Source of the DNA: Rhodospirillales bacterium
GTDB lineage: Bacteria > Pseudomonadota > Alphaproteobacteria > Rhodospirillales > JABHCV01
Direction: 5' to 3'
Assembly (NCBI GenBank): GCA_016776705.1
Contig: JADHSW010000001.1
Span: 1-43,632 of the forward strand
Length of the DNA stretch: 43,632 nucleotides
Shown here: positions 1 through 9,834 of the stretch, piece after piece
Position numbering within the stretch: position 1 is the stretch's first letter
Layout of the letters: every line of letters starts with the position of its first letter
Made by a program: the position numbers and the translations under genes
The notes under the pieces: generated by a model
Seen by the model: only the letters and a program-made list of their open reading frames with translations
The model's database searches: none
What the model was told of the DNA's origin: nothing

Positions 1-684
1 GGTGCCGCGGATGCCGATGGTGGCCACCGGGGTGGTGACCGTCATGCCGTCCGGCGAGGTTTTGGCGATTTTGCCACTGACGAAGGAGAACACACCCTGC
101 ACCAGACTGGCGTTGAACTGGCCTTCCTGTGCGCCAGCGTCATAGACCATCTCGTCGATGACCATGCGGCCTTCTTCACCCAGAGAAAAGGTGGTGTCGT
201 CGACAAAGGTGATGCCAATGGCCGCACCCTTGGCGGTGATGAGCGTATCACCCTGAAAAATATCGTCGCCTTTGGCAAGGGTAACCTTTGTGCCGTCAAC
301 ATGAATAGCTTCAACCAGCCCATCCGTCGCCTCGACCCGGCCGATTGATTCTGCGGCTTGGGCGATTTCGGCGAAGGGGCCGTTTTCAAGCAGGGCGAAT
401 TGACCGGGCGCAGCAGGACCGGCAAGCTTGACGGCCAGTTCTGCGGGGATAAGGCCGCCAGCCTCGGTGATCAGGTCAGGGGGAAGCACAAGATTAAAAA
501 AATCGCGGACAAGAATCTGCGATCCGTCAGGACCGGTAAGCAGCAAGTCCGAACCTTGGGGAATGAAGTCAGCTTTAAGAAGCCAGTAATCTCCAGGAAC
601 TATCAGCAAGCCACCATTTTCGGCCTGAAGAACCTGAATGCCTCCAGCCCCAATCTCGCCAATACGTGCCGTCGCTTGCGACAT
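1..684 (-). CDS. FecR-domain large secreted/adhesin-type protein, N-terminal part (runs off the left edge)
   Basis: Not in the ORF track because it has no stop in the window. My translation from ATG at 684 is open to base 1: MSQATARIGEIG...GSDLLLTGPDGSQILVRDFF...DIFQGDTLIT...ITFVDDTTFSLGEEGRMVIDEMVYD...VQGVFSFVSGKIAK...VTTPVATIGIRGT, which are typical FecR-domain motifs. Confidence 0.88.
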   Translation of the reverse strand, partial: MSQATARIGEIGAGGIQVLQAENGGLLIVPGDYWLLKADFIPQGSDLLLTGPDGSQILVRDFFNLVLPPDLITEAGGLIPAELAVKLAGPAAPGQFALLENGPFAEIAQAAESIGRVEATDGLVEAIHVDGTKVTLAKGDDIFQGDTLITAKGAAIGITFVDDTTFSLGEEGRMVIDEMVYDAGAQEGQFNASLVQGVFSFVSGKIAKTSPDGMTVTTPVATIGIRGT

Positions 685-832
685 ACCTAGCCGCCTTTCT
701 CACACACCCCCATGTGGAATAGCTAGGATAATAACACATACCCTGATGCTTTTACAGAACCAATCCGGGGGCTTCTCATTTGATACGAAGTGGCTACAAT
801 GATCTTAAATAATTGTGAGGGGACAGAAGTGC

Positions 833-1198
833 ATGTCGGAAGCAACGGAAATATATCTGTGCAAAGCAGGCCAAGCCTTGAAACAGGGCCGGGTTGAATA
901 TTCTGACAGCATTTCCACTAAGGCCGAGGCTGAACTCGATGCAATCCAGCGCTGCAAATGGGATAAAAAGATCGCCAAGGTCGCCTATTACGCGGTGAAT
1001 GATGCGGGTGATTTCAAGATTATTCTGACCTACAACAATCCCCATGTAGAAAAGGATGAAGAAGAAAAACCGGAAAAAGTGAAGAAGAAACCGACAAAAA
1101 AACCAGGGCTGGTGGCTCGCGTGGTGCAGGCCGTGACGGGGCCGAGTGCAACGAAGAAAAAAATAAAAAAGAAGCCAGCCACCAGGAAGAAAAAATAG
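833..1198 (+). CDS. hypothetical protein with Lys-rich C-terminal tail
   Basis: ORF 815..1198; ATG at 833 preceded by GAGGGG; very basic tail (KKKIKKKPATRKKK). Confidence 0.7.
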   Translation: MSEATEIYLCKAGQALKQGRVEYSDSISTKAEAELDAIQRCKWDKKIAKVAYYAVNDAGDFKIILTYNNPHVEKDEEEKPEKVKKKPTKKPGLVARVVQAVTGPSATKKKIKKKPATRKKK

Positions 1199-1219
1199 AC
1201 TGTCTGAACTTCAGTCTAT
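1195..1219 (+). terminator. possible terminator hairpin
   Basis: 8-bp inverted repeat ATAGACTG-N9-CAGTCTAT overlapping the stop codon; no clear U-tract on the + strand. Confidence 0.3.
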
Positions 1220-1288
1220 CTACAATAGGGCCGTATATATAGGTGTAATTATTTCAACAAAAAATCCACACTGAAACCGGATTTGAAA

Positions 1289-1696
1289 ATGACTGAGACA
1301 AAAAACAAACCTGCCAAAAAAATAAAGAAAAAGCCGTTGTTAAGGCTGATCATCGCCATGTTTGTCGGCCTGTTTGTTCTGGAATTGATGATTGAATTGT
1401 CAGCTGGCAGAAATCTGGTCGGGGGCAGGGACGGCGTTTTCATCAGTGAATCCAAATTTGCCCTGAGCAGCGCCGAGGTTGTCAACACACCAATGCGGGC
1501 GGATGTGCGGGTAATACAGCCGACAGATATTCGCGAACTTCCGACCCTTTTCGCCAACAGGGTTGGAAAACTCGAATTTGGCACAGAAATGCAGGCCGTT
1601 GGCATGACGACTGTAAATGAAGAAGTGTGGTATCAGGTGCAGCGTTTCGGTGGAAAAATTGGCTATGTTCCCGGAAATACTGTCATTAAAAAATAG
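1289..1696 (+). CDS. membrane-anchored protein with C-terminal SH3b-like domain
   Basis: Basic N-terminus, one hydrophobic helix, C-terminal VGKLEFGTEMQAVG...WYQVQRFGGKIGYVPG resembling bacterial SH3. Confidence 0.7.
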   Translation: MTETKNKPAKKIKKKPLLRLIIAMFVGLFVLELMIELSAGRNLVGGRDGVFISESKFALSSAEVVNTPMRADVRVIQPTDIRELPTLFANRVGKLEFGTEMQAVGMTTVNEEVWYQVQRFGGKIGYVPGNTVIKK

Positions 1697-1699
1697 GCT

Positions 1700-2989
1700 T
1701 TAATCAAATATCGGCAGCACGGGTGGCGCTTTATCATTCGCCATGGCAAGGATGCTTTCGATCAAGTAATCAGGCTCACGAACGCCGCCGAAATCAAGAA
1801 GCATCCGGGCTTTGTCTCGCATTTCTGCTGTTGAAAGGGCGTCTTCGGGATCGCCTTTACAATGGTTGCGCAAAGCTGTGAATTTCCTGCCATCAAATAA
1901 CGTCACTTCTACGGCGCAGCCCCAGTTTTGGGGATAAGCGGAACGGTAGGGTTCCGCAGCGCTTAAGGAAACTTTCCGGCGGTAGTCGGCGACCTCGCAC
2001 CGTACGGGTTCTTCAAAACATTCGAAGTCGACTTTGCCTTTAATCAGCGCGATTGCAACACAATGCTGGAGCGAGAATTTCGCGTCATAGACGCTTGTTG
2101 GGTCGACCTGGTCGCACACATCCAGGGCCGACTGATAGGTGCCAACTGAAATGGCGGCAATGGCCTGGGGTTCGATTTGTGAATGAAGTTCCAGCGCCGC
2201 ATCAATGGTCGGATGGGTGTGGCGGCACGACGGCCATGGCTTGACTGACGTTTCGTGCAATTGCCATCTCTGTTGCGGGTTGGCGAGAACCGCCGCCGGA
2301 TTGGCGTCGGGGCAGGCGCCCGCAAAAAATCCACGCTCGCCTTCCAGAATTTCAGGTGGGCCGGTAAAACCAAGCGAAGCCAGCCCTGCAGCGATAACTC
2401 CCGCTTCAGCCCCCCGCCCGGCATGCAAATGTTTGCTCATTGCTCCGGTGTCGAGAAACTGCCACAAACCAGCGGCCTGGGTCCCCGCATTGCCAAGGGC
2501 ATCAACGGCTGCATCCTCATCCAGACCAAGAAGGTGCGCGGCCGCCATTGCTGATCCGAACGGCCCACAAGTCGCCGTCGAATGCCAGATGCGGTAGTGC
2601 TCCTGTCCAACAGCCATGCCTATCCGGCAGGTGGTTTCGAAGCCCTGCAGGATTGCACCAAGGACTTGGGCCCCACCAATGTTTTTATCTGTGGCCAGGG
2701 CGAAGGCCGCCGGAACGACAACACATCCCGGGTGAACGACCGAAGCGCGATGCAAGTCATCCATTTCAAGAATGTGGGTCAATCCACCAAGCAATAACGC
2801 CATACGTCCGGCGTCGTGGTGGCCATTCAGGCTTGCTATCAGGCCAAGAAGTTTTCGTCCCGCATCGCTGTTCCTGCCCGCCAGCGCGTTGGCGGCGGCG
2901 TCCAGGGTGAACAGGGCTGCAGCATCCAGATCAGGCTGCGTAACTTCCTTGTTTCTGACAAGGCGGACAAGATTTCTGGTCAGGCTCAT
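1700..2989 (-). CDS. MmgE/PrpD family protein
   Basis: HILEMDDLH...VHPG, WHSTATCG, GFTGP..ILEGERGF, KPWPSCRHTH and AKFSLQHCVA motifs. Confidence 0.93.
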   Translation of the reverse strand: MSLTRNLVRLVRNKEVTQPDLDAAALFTLDAAANALAGRNSDAGRKLLGLIASLNGHHDAGRMALLLGGLTHILEMDDLHRASVVHPGCVVVPAAFALATDKNIGGAQVLGAILQGFETTCRIGMAVGQEHYRIWHSTATCGPFGSAMAAAHLLGLDEDAAVDALGNAGTQAAGLWQFLDTGAMSKHLHAGRGAEAGVIAAGLASLGFTGPPEILEGERGFFAGACPDANPAAVLANPQQRWQLHETSVKPWPSCRHTHPTIDAALELHSQIEPQAIAAISVGTYQSALDVCDQVDPTSVYDAKFSLQHCVAIALIKGKVDFECFEEPVRCEVADYRRKVSLSAAEPYRSAYPQNWGCAVEVTLFDGRKFTALRNHCKGDPEDALSTAEMRDKARMLLDFGGVREPDYLIESILAMANDKAPPVLPIFD

Positions 2990-3368
2990 GGTTTTCTCTC
3001 AAACTTCAATGCTTGAATGCATAACACGTCAATATCATTAAGGACGAGGCCTGAAATCCAAATCGACTATAATCTGTAGCGCTCAGCAAATTCCCTGTCA
3101 CAGGCAGGTTCGCCACAAATAAGAACAACGACATAATCGACGGAATTTCTTTACTGACAAATTCGAAAACGTTTCATTAATCGTCTGTTATCTGCATTGC
3201 GCATGTCTTGAAAACTTCGTCCAAAAATGGAATCCGAATTGCAGGCGGGAACTCTGGTGCTGAGCAATACATTCGATATTCCGGGCTGGATACCGGAGAC
3301 GATTCATCACCTGGAAGCTTCCTTTTGCCCACAGGTTCATGTTTACAGGGTGCCGGAAAAAATTACGG

Positions 3369-4499
3369 CTAAAACCTCTTGATAACCAAAGAAGTGATAT
3401 CGTCGGATTGCGGTGCATCGCCGGTAAACAGATTGATGAATGCAAAGGCGTTATTGGTCAGGGCATGGGCTGACAGGGAACGGTTTTCCAGAAGGTAATT
3501 TGTCAGGCGTTCGTCGGAAAACTGGTTGCGATTGACATCAAAGGCTTCGGTGACCCCGTCGGTATAAAAAAACAAGGCTCCCCCCGGATCAATAATGACC
3601 GAGTCCTGCTCGTAGGGGATTTCGTCCTGAATGCCCAGAACCACTCCGTCGCCGCCACTTAAGGTGCGAATGGCGCCACCATCACCGGGGATCAGGTAGG
3701 GCGGCAGGTGCCCGCCATTGGCGTAGGCCATCTCCCAGGTTTTGGTGTTAAGGATTCCGTAGAAGACGGAAACAAACATGCCGGGGATATCGTGCTGGTA
3801 CAGCAGTCGATTGACCTGCTCAAGACAGGCCCCCGGTTCGTGCTCGGTAAGGGCGACAGCGCGGATCAGGGTCCGGGCTACGGCCATAAAGAACGCTGCC
3901 GGTACGCCTTTCCCTGATACATCGGCGACGATCAGTCCAAGTTTGTCCGGCCCCAACTCGAAAAAATCATAGAAATCCCCGCCAATGTCCTGCGCCGGGG
4001 TTGTGCGGGCGAAAACGTCCAGATCATCACGTTTGGGGAAGTCGCTGGGAAGGATTCTTTGTTGCAGGTCGCCAGCGACATCAATTTCGCGGCGGATCGC
4101 CGCCAGTTCAGATTCTGTGCGCCAGGCTTTTCGCCGCGCTTCACAATCCTGAAACACCTTGTCGATGGTCGCCTGCAAGTCATCGACAGAAACCGGTTTG
4201 GTGAGAAAATCAACCGCGCCGTCTTTCATGGCGTTGCGTATAACGGTCAGATCATTGCCGCCGGTCAGGGCAATGCGGGGAATGCGTAATCTTCGCTCCC
4301 CTTTCAAAAGACGAAACAGGCCCATACCCCCGATTTTGTCACTGTCGATTGAAACCAGGGCGATGTCGATGCTGTGATCCTCGCTCAGGATATCCAGCGC
4401 CTCCTGATCGGAAAAGGCGAACGAAAAATCATCGCTTCCGGTTTCGGTTATCAACGATTGCAGATGGTGATCGTCATCAATGACGAGGGTCCTTGGCAT
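3369..4499 (-). CDS. receiver domain + PP2C/SpoIIE (RsbU-like) serine phosphatase
   Basis: N-terminal REC fold (LVIDDD...FLTKP); GGDFYD, ADVSGKG, YTDGVTEA and DDIT PP2C motifs. Confidence 0.93.
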   Translation of the reverse strand: MPRTLVIDDDHHLQSLITETGSDDFSFAFSDQEALDILSEDHSIDIALVSIDSDKIGGMGLFRLLKGERRLRIPRIALTGGNDLTVIRNAMKDGAVDFLTKPVSVDDLQATIDKVFQDCEARRKAWRTESELAAIRREIDVAGDLQQRILPSDFPKRDDLDVFARTTPAQDIGGDFYDFFELGPDKLGLIVADVSGKGVPAAFFMAVARTLIRAVALTEHEPGACLEQVNRLLYQHDIPGMFVSVFYGILNTKTWEMAYANGGHLPPYLIPGDGGAIRTLSGGDGVVLGIQDEIPYEQDSVIIDPGGALFFYTDGVTEAFDVNRNQFSDERLTNYLLENRSLSAHALTNNAFAFINLFTGDAPQSDDITSLVIKRF

Positions 4500-4584
4500 C
4501 TGGTAGCTCCGTAAATCCTGGGTGGTTTCAACAGTTTAGGGGTTAAAAATCTAAAATTAAAGGGCTTGTCCCTGATTTGCCCGT

Positions 4585-5307
4585 TTATTCAGAAAATCGG
4601 TCGGGAAAATCGGTAAAGATAGAACTGACCCCCCAATTGAACAGTTCATGGGCACGTGCGGGCTCGTTTACTGTAAAGCAACGCAGATCGTATCCGACGG
4701 CCAGTATCGCGGTTGATTGCGCCTCGTCCAGAAGATCATGCTGGCAATGAAGGGCCTCGCAATCGAGCTGTTGCAGTCGTTCTTGCCAACCATCGAGGGA
4801 GCGCCACATATTCAAGGCCCGTGGAATATCGGGCGCTTGTTCCCGGGCGGTCATAAGGGCCTGTTCGCTGAAGCTGGACAGGATGGGTGTGGGCAATGAT
4901 CTGGGCCATGTGTCTTTGACAATGTTCGCGCACAGATGTGCGGTCTGAATATCATGGCCACGAGAGGGTTTGATTTCTACAACGGCTCCCATTTCGAGTT
5001 CTTCCAACAACTGAATGACCTCGGATAAAAGCGGAATATTTTCCCCACGAAATGCATCGTCAAACCAACTGCCGGCATCAAGCGATTGAAGAGAATCCCA
5101 ATTGGTTTCAGCAACGTTCCCGTGGGTACCTGTTGTTCGTTTAAGTGTTTCATCGTGAAAAATTGCAACCCGGTTATCGGCGCTAAGCATGGTGTCGAAT
5201 TCGACCCATTCTGCGCCCAGTTCCGCCGCCTTTCTGATCGACGCCAGGGTGTTTTCCGGGGCATGACCGCACGCGCCCCTGTGACCAATGATTCGGGGTG
5301 TTTTCAT
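4585..5307 (-). CDS. ugpQ: glycerophosphodiester phosphodiesterase
   Basis: IGHRG, PENTL, VEFD, HD.TL.RTT, EIKP and FTDFPD motifs. Confidence 0.9.
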   Translation of the reverse strand: MKTPRIIGHRGACGHAPENTLASIRKAAELGAEWVEFDTMLSADNRVAIFHDETLKRTTGTHGNVAETNWDSLQSLDAGSWFDDAFRGENIPLLSEVIQLLEELEMGAVVEIKPSRGHDIQTAHLCANIVKDTWPRSLPTPILSSFSEQALMTAREQAPDIPRALNMWRSLDGWQERLQQLDCEALHCQHDLLDEAQSTAILAVGYDLRCFTVNEPARAHELFNWGVSSIFTDFPDRFSE

Positions 5308-6215
5308 GATGGTGCATCAGGCCCTGTATTGACTGAACCACGACGGTTCTCACGGTGGAAGATGTAAAGCCCGCTGGCGGAAATGATCAAGGCTCCTGAT
5401 ATGGTCCACAGGTCGGGCAGGTCGGAAAACAGGATAAAGCCAAACAGGGTCGCCCAAAGCAAATTGACGTAAGAGAACGGCGCGACAGTGGCCGCTGGCG
5501 CAGATTCATAGGCCTTGATCATTGAAAAGTGACCCAGGTTCGAAGTTACGCCCAGCGCCGCCATCATCATCCATCCCGTTGTATCAGGTGCTTGCCAGAA
5601 AAAGGGGGCTATCAGTGATGTGATGAGCGTTCCCGATGAGGCCGTATAAAGCAGGGTTGTCATGGCGTTGTCTGTTCGCCCCAGAAACCGGGTCGATATT
5701 TGATAAAGGGCGTACAGGCAGGCAGCGCCCACGGGGAACAGGGCTGCGGTCTGCATCATACCTGATCCTGGACGGATAATGACGAGGGCGCCAAGAAAAC
5801 CGATGGTAATGCCGGCCCATCGACGCGGCCCAACTTTCTCGCCAAGCAACGGCATGGAAAGGGCTGTTACCAGAACCGGGGCTAGGAACATGATGGCCGA
5901 AATATCCGCCAGAGCGACCTGGGAAAGGCCATAGAAGAACAGCACAGATGTTCCCAATAAGAAAAGCGAGCGCATAATTTGAATGGCAAGTTTTCCAGTT
6001 CGCATGACCCGCTTTAAGCGGGGGGCAAGGAAGATGATAAGCAGTAAAAGCTGAAAAAAATAACGCGCCCAGACGATCTGCATGACTGGATAATGCTCAG
6101 TTAACAACTTTGCAAAGGCGTTGGTTCCCGAAAACATCATCATCGCGGCAAGCATCCACAAAATGCCACGCCGGGTATCGAATGACGGGGTTTTGGTCAC
6201 TGGTATTTCGGTCAT
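5304..6215 (-). CDS. DMT/EamA family transporter
   Basis: About 10 hydrophobic helices; LLGEKVGPRRW, IIRPG and APFSY motifs; 4-bp overlap with ugpQ. Confidence 0.92.
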   Translation of the reverse strand: MTEIPVTKTPSFDTRRGILWMLAAMMMFSGTNAFAKLLTEHYPVMQIVWARYFFQLLLLIIFLAPRLKRVMRTGKLAIQIMRSLFLLGTSVLFFYGLSQVALADISAIMFLAPVLVTALSMPLLGEKVGPRRWAGITIGFLGALVIIRPGSGMMQTAALFPVGAACLYALYQISTRFLGRTDNAMTTLLYTASSGTLITSLIAPFFWQAPDTTGWMMMAALGVTSNLGHFSMIKAYESAPAATVAPFSYVNLLWATLFGFILFSDLPDLWTISGALIISASGLYIFHRENRRGSVNTGPDAPS

Positions 6216-6312
6216 GAGCCACGCCCTGTAGATCGCAGAATCAATTGCTGGGTGAGCCTATCACGGGCTTATCAATGCCGCTACGCAGGGTTAAGAAGGC
6301 TGATGTAAATAT

Positions 6313-6361
6313 TAATAACAAAATAAATATGTTGACCAAAAATATAATAACAAAATATAGT
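6313..6361 (+). promoter_or_regulatory. sigma70-like promoter of the sir-cysH-cysC operon with two identical 13-bp direct repeats
   Basis: TTGACC (6332-6337) N18 TATAGT (6356-6361); TAATAACAAAATA at 6313-6325 and 6345-6357. Confidence 0.55.
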
Positions 6362-6392
6362 GTGTTTTAAATTTAAACAACTAAATTAAAGT

Positions 6393-8447
6393 GTGATTAA
6401 GAAAATGCAGCAAAAACCAGGCAATTCGATCATTTCCCTTGGTGATTTATCTGAATACCGTAGCGGTCTGAATAACTTCGCGGGTGGCCGCTGGGATGAA
6501 GACCGGTGGAAGACTTTTCGGCTTCGCTTTGGCATTTACGCCCAGCGTCAAAGCGACGCCTATATGGTTCGCTCTAAAATTCCCGGTGGGCGTTTAAGTT
6601 TCTCACAAGCGCGAACGGCGGCTTGGGCCAATGCTGAATATGGCGGTCCTGACATTCACATCACCACCAGACAGGATTTCCAGTTCTACTTTATTCGTCT
6701 TGAGCAAACACCTGCTTTCCTTAAAATCCTGTACAATGGGGGCCTTTCCACGCGGGAAGCTTCCGGCAATACGTTCAGAAATGTTGTCGCCTGCCCACTG
6801 GCGGGTTTCTGCCCTCATGAACTGGTCGATGCCGGAGAGGTCGCCCAAAGTCTTTCCCAAAACTGGATACGTCATCCCCTGGTCCAGCACATGCCGCGCA
6901 AATTCAAAACCACTGTTTCCGGCTGCGCCCACGATTGCGGGGCAAGCGCCATCGATGATCTTGGTTTTATCGCTACAACTCGCGGTGGGCTGAACGGTTT
7001 CAAAGTGGTAGCTGGCGGCGGCTTGGGTAACAGGCCTCACACCGCTATCGTTGTCGAAGAATTCGTTTTGCCTGAAGAGTTGAGCGCCGTGCAGGAAGCC
7101 TTTGCCCGACTACACCATGCCCAGTCAAACAGGGAAAACAAAAATGCTTCACGGATCAAGTTCCTTGTCGACAGATTTGGCGAGGAAGGCTTTGTTGCGT
7201 TGTTCAAGGAGCAATTTGAGCGCATACAAAAATTGAATCGAAAGAAGCCTTTGGATTTTCAGTGGCGGACGCCCACAGCCGAAGGGCAACCCCCATCGGT
7301 TCGTGATGGCATTATCGCTCAACATGATGGACGTATTGCCATCGTTATCAGGCCACCCCTTGGCATGATCGATTCGCAACGCCTGTTTACCATGAGTGAT
7401 ATTGCCGAAGCACTGGGGGCCGAGGAATTCATCCTTACCCGCGATCAAAATATTCTGGCCGTTGGCCTGCCAGAGGAAAGCCGTGCCTTGTTTGTTGCCC
7501 AGATAAGGGAACTTGGATTTGAGGCCGGTGTACAAAGTGACGCCCTGTCAGACATGGTATCTTGCCCCGGGACAAGTACGTGCCCCATTGGCATAACAAA
7601 CTCCAATGCGCTCGCCGCCGAAATAAATGCAGATCGTGAAAGTTTCGCCGAATTGAGAGATGCCACCATCCGTATTTCGGGATGCCACAATTCATGCGGC
7701 CAGCATCATATTGGCGACTTCGGGTTACATGCGTTGGCGAAAAAGATAAATGGTAAAAGTGCCCCACATTACCAGTTCCATGTTGGTGGAGATGGCACGC
7801 GCAAGGACGCTATAGGAATTCCAGGTCCGGTGGTTCCTGCTCGTTTGGCGAAGCCTGCCTTGAAGACGTTAATGTCGCACTATGCTGATAGTCGCAAAAA
7901 TGGAGAGAATACGCGAACATGGGTCAAAAGAGTTGGCAGTGATCACATAGCCGAAATTTTGAGCGCCTATAGTGCTGAATGTTACGATGCGGACAATCCC
8001 GACTTGCTGCTTGATGTAGGCAGCGATGACAGATTCTTCCCACCCTTGACGGCAACTGGTGAATGCGCCGCCTCGGCGGTTGTCGGAGAATATCTTTCCG
8101 ATCTGGCCGAAACCGCATTGCAGGATATTTCTCGTTTTGCCCTAGCAGGGGAGCGATCAGATGCGCTGGAAGCGGGAAGGGACGCGGTGTCTTTTACGAT
8201 CAGACGTTTGTTACTGGTTGTCGAAGCCGATCATAAAGGACTCGAATACGGAGAATTGCTGGATGCGTTCCAGGCCCATTTTAGTGGAAATCCTCATGTC
8301 GTATCGGCTCTAAATTTGGCCCTGGGGGCGCTCGTTGACACTGGCCAGAACATTTCAGTAGAACCTGTCAGAAAGTGGATCAATGCTGCTGGCGACCTTG
8401 CTGAAACCCTTATTCCTGGCGCGATGCCGGTTATGGTTCCGGCATGA
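6393..8447 (+). CDS. nitrite/sulfite reductase (siroheme-[4Fe-4S]), probably assimilatory sulfite reductase
   Basis: RLRFGIY.QRQ, HITTRQDFQ, PRKFK, CPGTSTC...SGCHNSC siroheme/Fe-S ligands; in an operon with cysH and cysC. The start may be ATG 6405. Confidence 0.88.
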   Translation: MIKKMQQKPGNSIISLGDLSEYRSGLNNFAGGRWDEDRWKTFRLRFGIYAQRQSDAYMVRSKIPGGRLSFSQARTAAWANAEYGGPDIHITTRQDFQFYFIRLEQTPAFLKILYNGGLSTREASGNTFRNVVACPLAGFCPHELVDAGEVAQSLSQNWIRHPLVQHMPRKFKTTVSGCAHDCGASAIDDLGFIATTRGGLNGFKVVAGGGLGNRPHTAIVVEEFVLPEELSAVQEAFARLHHAQSNRENKNASRIKFLVDRFGEEGFVALFKEQFERIQKLNRKKPLDFQWRTPTAEGQPPSVRDGIIAQHDGRIAIVIRPPLGMIDSQRLFTMSDIAEALGAEEFILTRDQNILAVGLPEESRALFVAQIRELGFEAGVQSDALSDMVSCPGTSTCPIGITNSNALAAEINADRESFAELRDATIRISGCHNSCGQHHIGDFGLHALAKKINGKSAPHYQFHVGGDGTRKDAIGIPGPVVPARLAKPALKTLMSHYADSRKNGENTRTWVKRVGSDHIAEILSAYSAECYDADNPDLLLDVGSDDRFFPPLTATGECAASAVVGEYLSDLAETALQDISRFALAGERSDALEAGRDAVSFTIRRLLLVVEADHKGLEYGELLDAFQAHFSGNPHVVSALNLALGALVDTGQNISVEPVRKWINAAGDLAETLIPGAMPVMVPA

Positions 8448-9181
8448 GCAATCTTGCCCATACAATCCCGACCCCGTCAGCTTATTCGGACGTGGATCTG
8501 CTCGCGCCGTATATCCGGTTGCAAGGAGAAGATTTACTTAAGGAAATGATCGGAACGGTTTTCCCAGGACGAATTACCGTGTCCTCGTCAATTGGTGCGG
8601 AATCGGCTGTATTGCTGGATATGGTCGCCAGGATTGATCCGTCGACCCCGGTCATCTTCCTTGATACGGGAATGTTGTTTCGCGAAACCCTTGAATACAA
8701 GGATTTACTTCAGCAAAGACTTGGTCTCACGGACATTCGTGTCGTGCGACCAGATGGCGATGAATTGCGCCGGATCGACCCTGAACAACGCTTGCATGAA
8801 ACCAATCATGACGCCTGTTGCAGGCTCAGAAAGGTCAATCCTTTGCGGCAGGCGCTTCATGGCTTTGATGCCTGGATTACCGGTCGAAAAAGGTTTCATG
8901 GTGGGCAACGATCCACCTTGCCAATCCTTGAGAATGATGACGGGCGTTTGAAGATCAACCCGCTGGCCGGATGGTCGCAAGCGCAGATCGATCAGGCTTT
9001 TGATCAACGTGGCCTGCCTCGCCACCCTTTGGTCTTTGAAGGTTACCTGTCGTTGGGTTGCGAGCCCTGTACGCAGAAATTCACCTGCAAGGAAAATATC
9101 AGGGCTGGCCGTTGGGCCGGTTCCGGAAAATCAGAATGCGGAATTCATACTCAATCGTTATTTCGACAGGATAAATCATGA
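8444..9181 (+). CDS. cysH: APS/PAPS reductase (Fe-S cluster type)
   Basis: FLDTG, CC.LRKV.PL, WITGR, KINPL, GCEPCT, RAGRW and ECGIH motifs. Confidence 0.93.
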   Translation: MSNLAHTIPTPSAYSDVDLLAPYIRLQGEDLLKEMIGTVFPGRITVSSSIGAESAVLLDMVARIDPSTPVIFLDTGMLFRETLEYKDLLQQRLGLTDIRVVRPDGDELRRIDPEQRLHETNHDACCRLRKVNPLRQALHGFDAWITGRKRFHGGQRSTLPILENDDGRLKINPLAGWSQAQIDQAFDQRGLPRHPLVFEGYLSLGCEPCTQKFTCKENIRAGRWAGSGKSECGIHTQSLFRQDKS

Positions 9182-9834
9182 CACAGACAAGCGAAAATAA
9201 GTCACCAGGTAAAACAATAAAATCGACCAATCTTCATGCCGTTGAACATCGTGTGCCGGTGCAGGGTCGCTGGCGAAAAAATGGACACCGGGGCGGTGTG
9301 CTGTGGCTGACGGGGCTTTCCGGGTCCGGTAAAAGCACCCTTGCCATGGAACTGGAACAGGTGCTGCATTACGGCGGTTATCAGGTCTATGTTCTTGACG
9401 GTGACAATGTGCGTGGCGGCCTGAACGCCGATCTGGGTTTCTCACCCGAAGACAGAACAGAAAACATTCGCCGGATCGGCGAGGTTGCGGCTCTGTTCGC
9501 CGATGCCGGGGTGATTGTCATCACCGCATTTATTTCACCCTATCAGGAAGACCGGGACCTGGCGCGATCCGCTGGCAAGGATCAGTTCCATGAAGTCTTC
9601 ATTGATGCTGATCTGGACACCTGTGAAGAACGCGATCCCAAGGGCTTGTACAAAAAAGCAAGGCTGGGGGAAATACCGGAATTCACGGGAATTTCCGCCC
9701 CTTATGAAGCTCCGGAAAATGCGAGATTAACCATCAACACGTCAAAATTTTCTATTCAGGAAAGCCTGGACGTATTGCTTGAATATATTGAGGAGAATTT
9801 TGCCGAGAAGCGCGAAGTGGAGAGCGCCGCCTAG
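9178..9834 (+). CDS. cysC: adenylyl-sulfate kinase
   Basis: WLTGLSGSGKST, LDGDNVR, DR.ENIRR, RDPKGLY and FTGISAPYE motifs. Confidence 0.96.
   Translation: MTQTSENKSPGKTIKSTNLHAVEHRVPVQGRWRKNGHRGGVLWLTGLSGSGKSTLAMELEQVLHYGGYQVYVLDGDNVRGGLNADLGFSPEDRTENIRRIGEVAALFADAGVIVITAFISPYQEDRDLARSAGKDQFHEVFIDADLDTCEERDPKGLYKKARLGEIPEFTGISAPYEAPENARLTINTSKFSIQESLDVLLEYIEENFAEKREVESAA

Noticed and set aside
42-690. ORFs 42..425 (-) and 358..690 (+)
   Set aside because: Shadow frames of the FecR-domain gene (684..1, minus strand), which has recognisable motifs.
3165-3177. LacI-like operator GAAAACGTTTCAT upstream of the MmgE/PrpD gene
   Set aside because: Single imperfect palindrome and no LacI-family gene in the window; could be chance.
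3188-3445. 85-aa ORF downstream of the PP2C gene as an anti-sigma partner
   Set aside because: It overlaps the phosphatase gene and shows no STAS or HATPase motifs.
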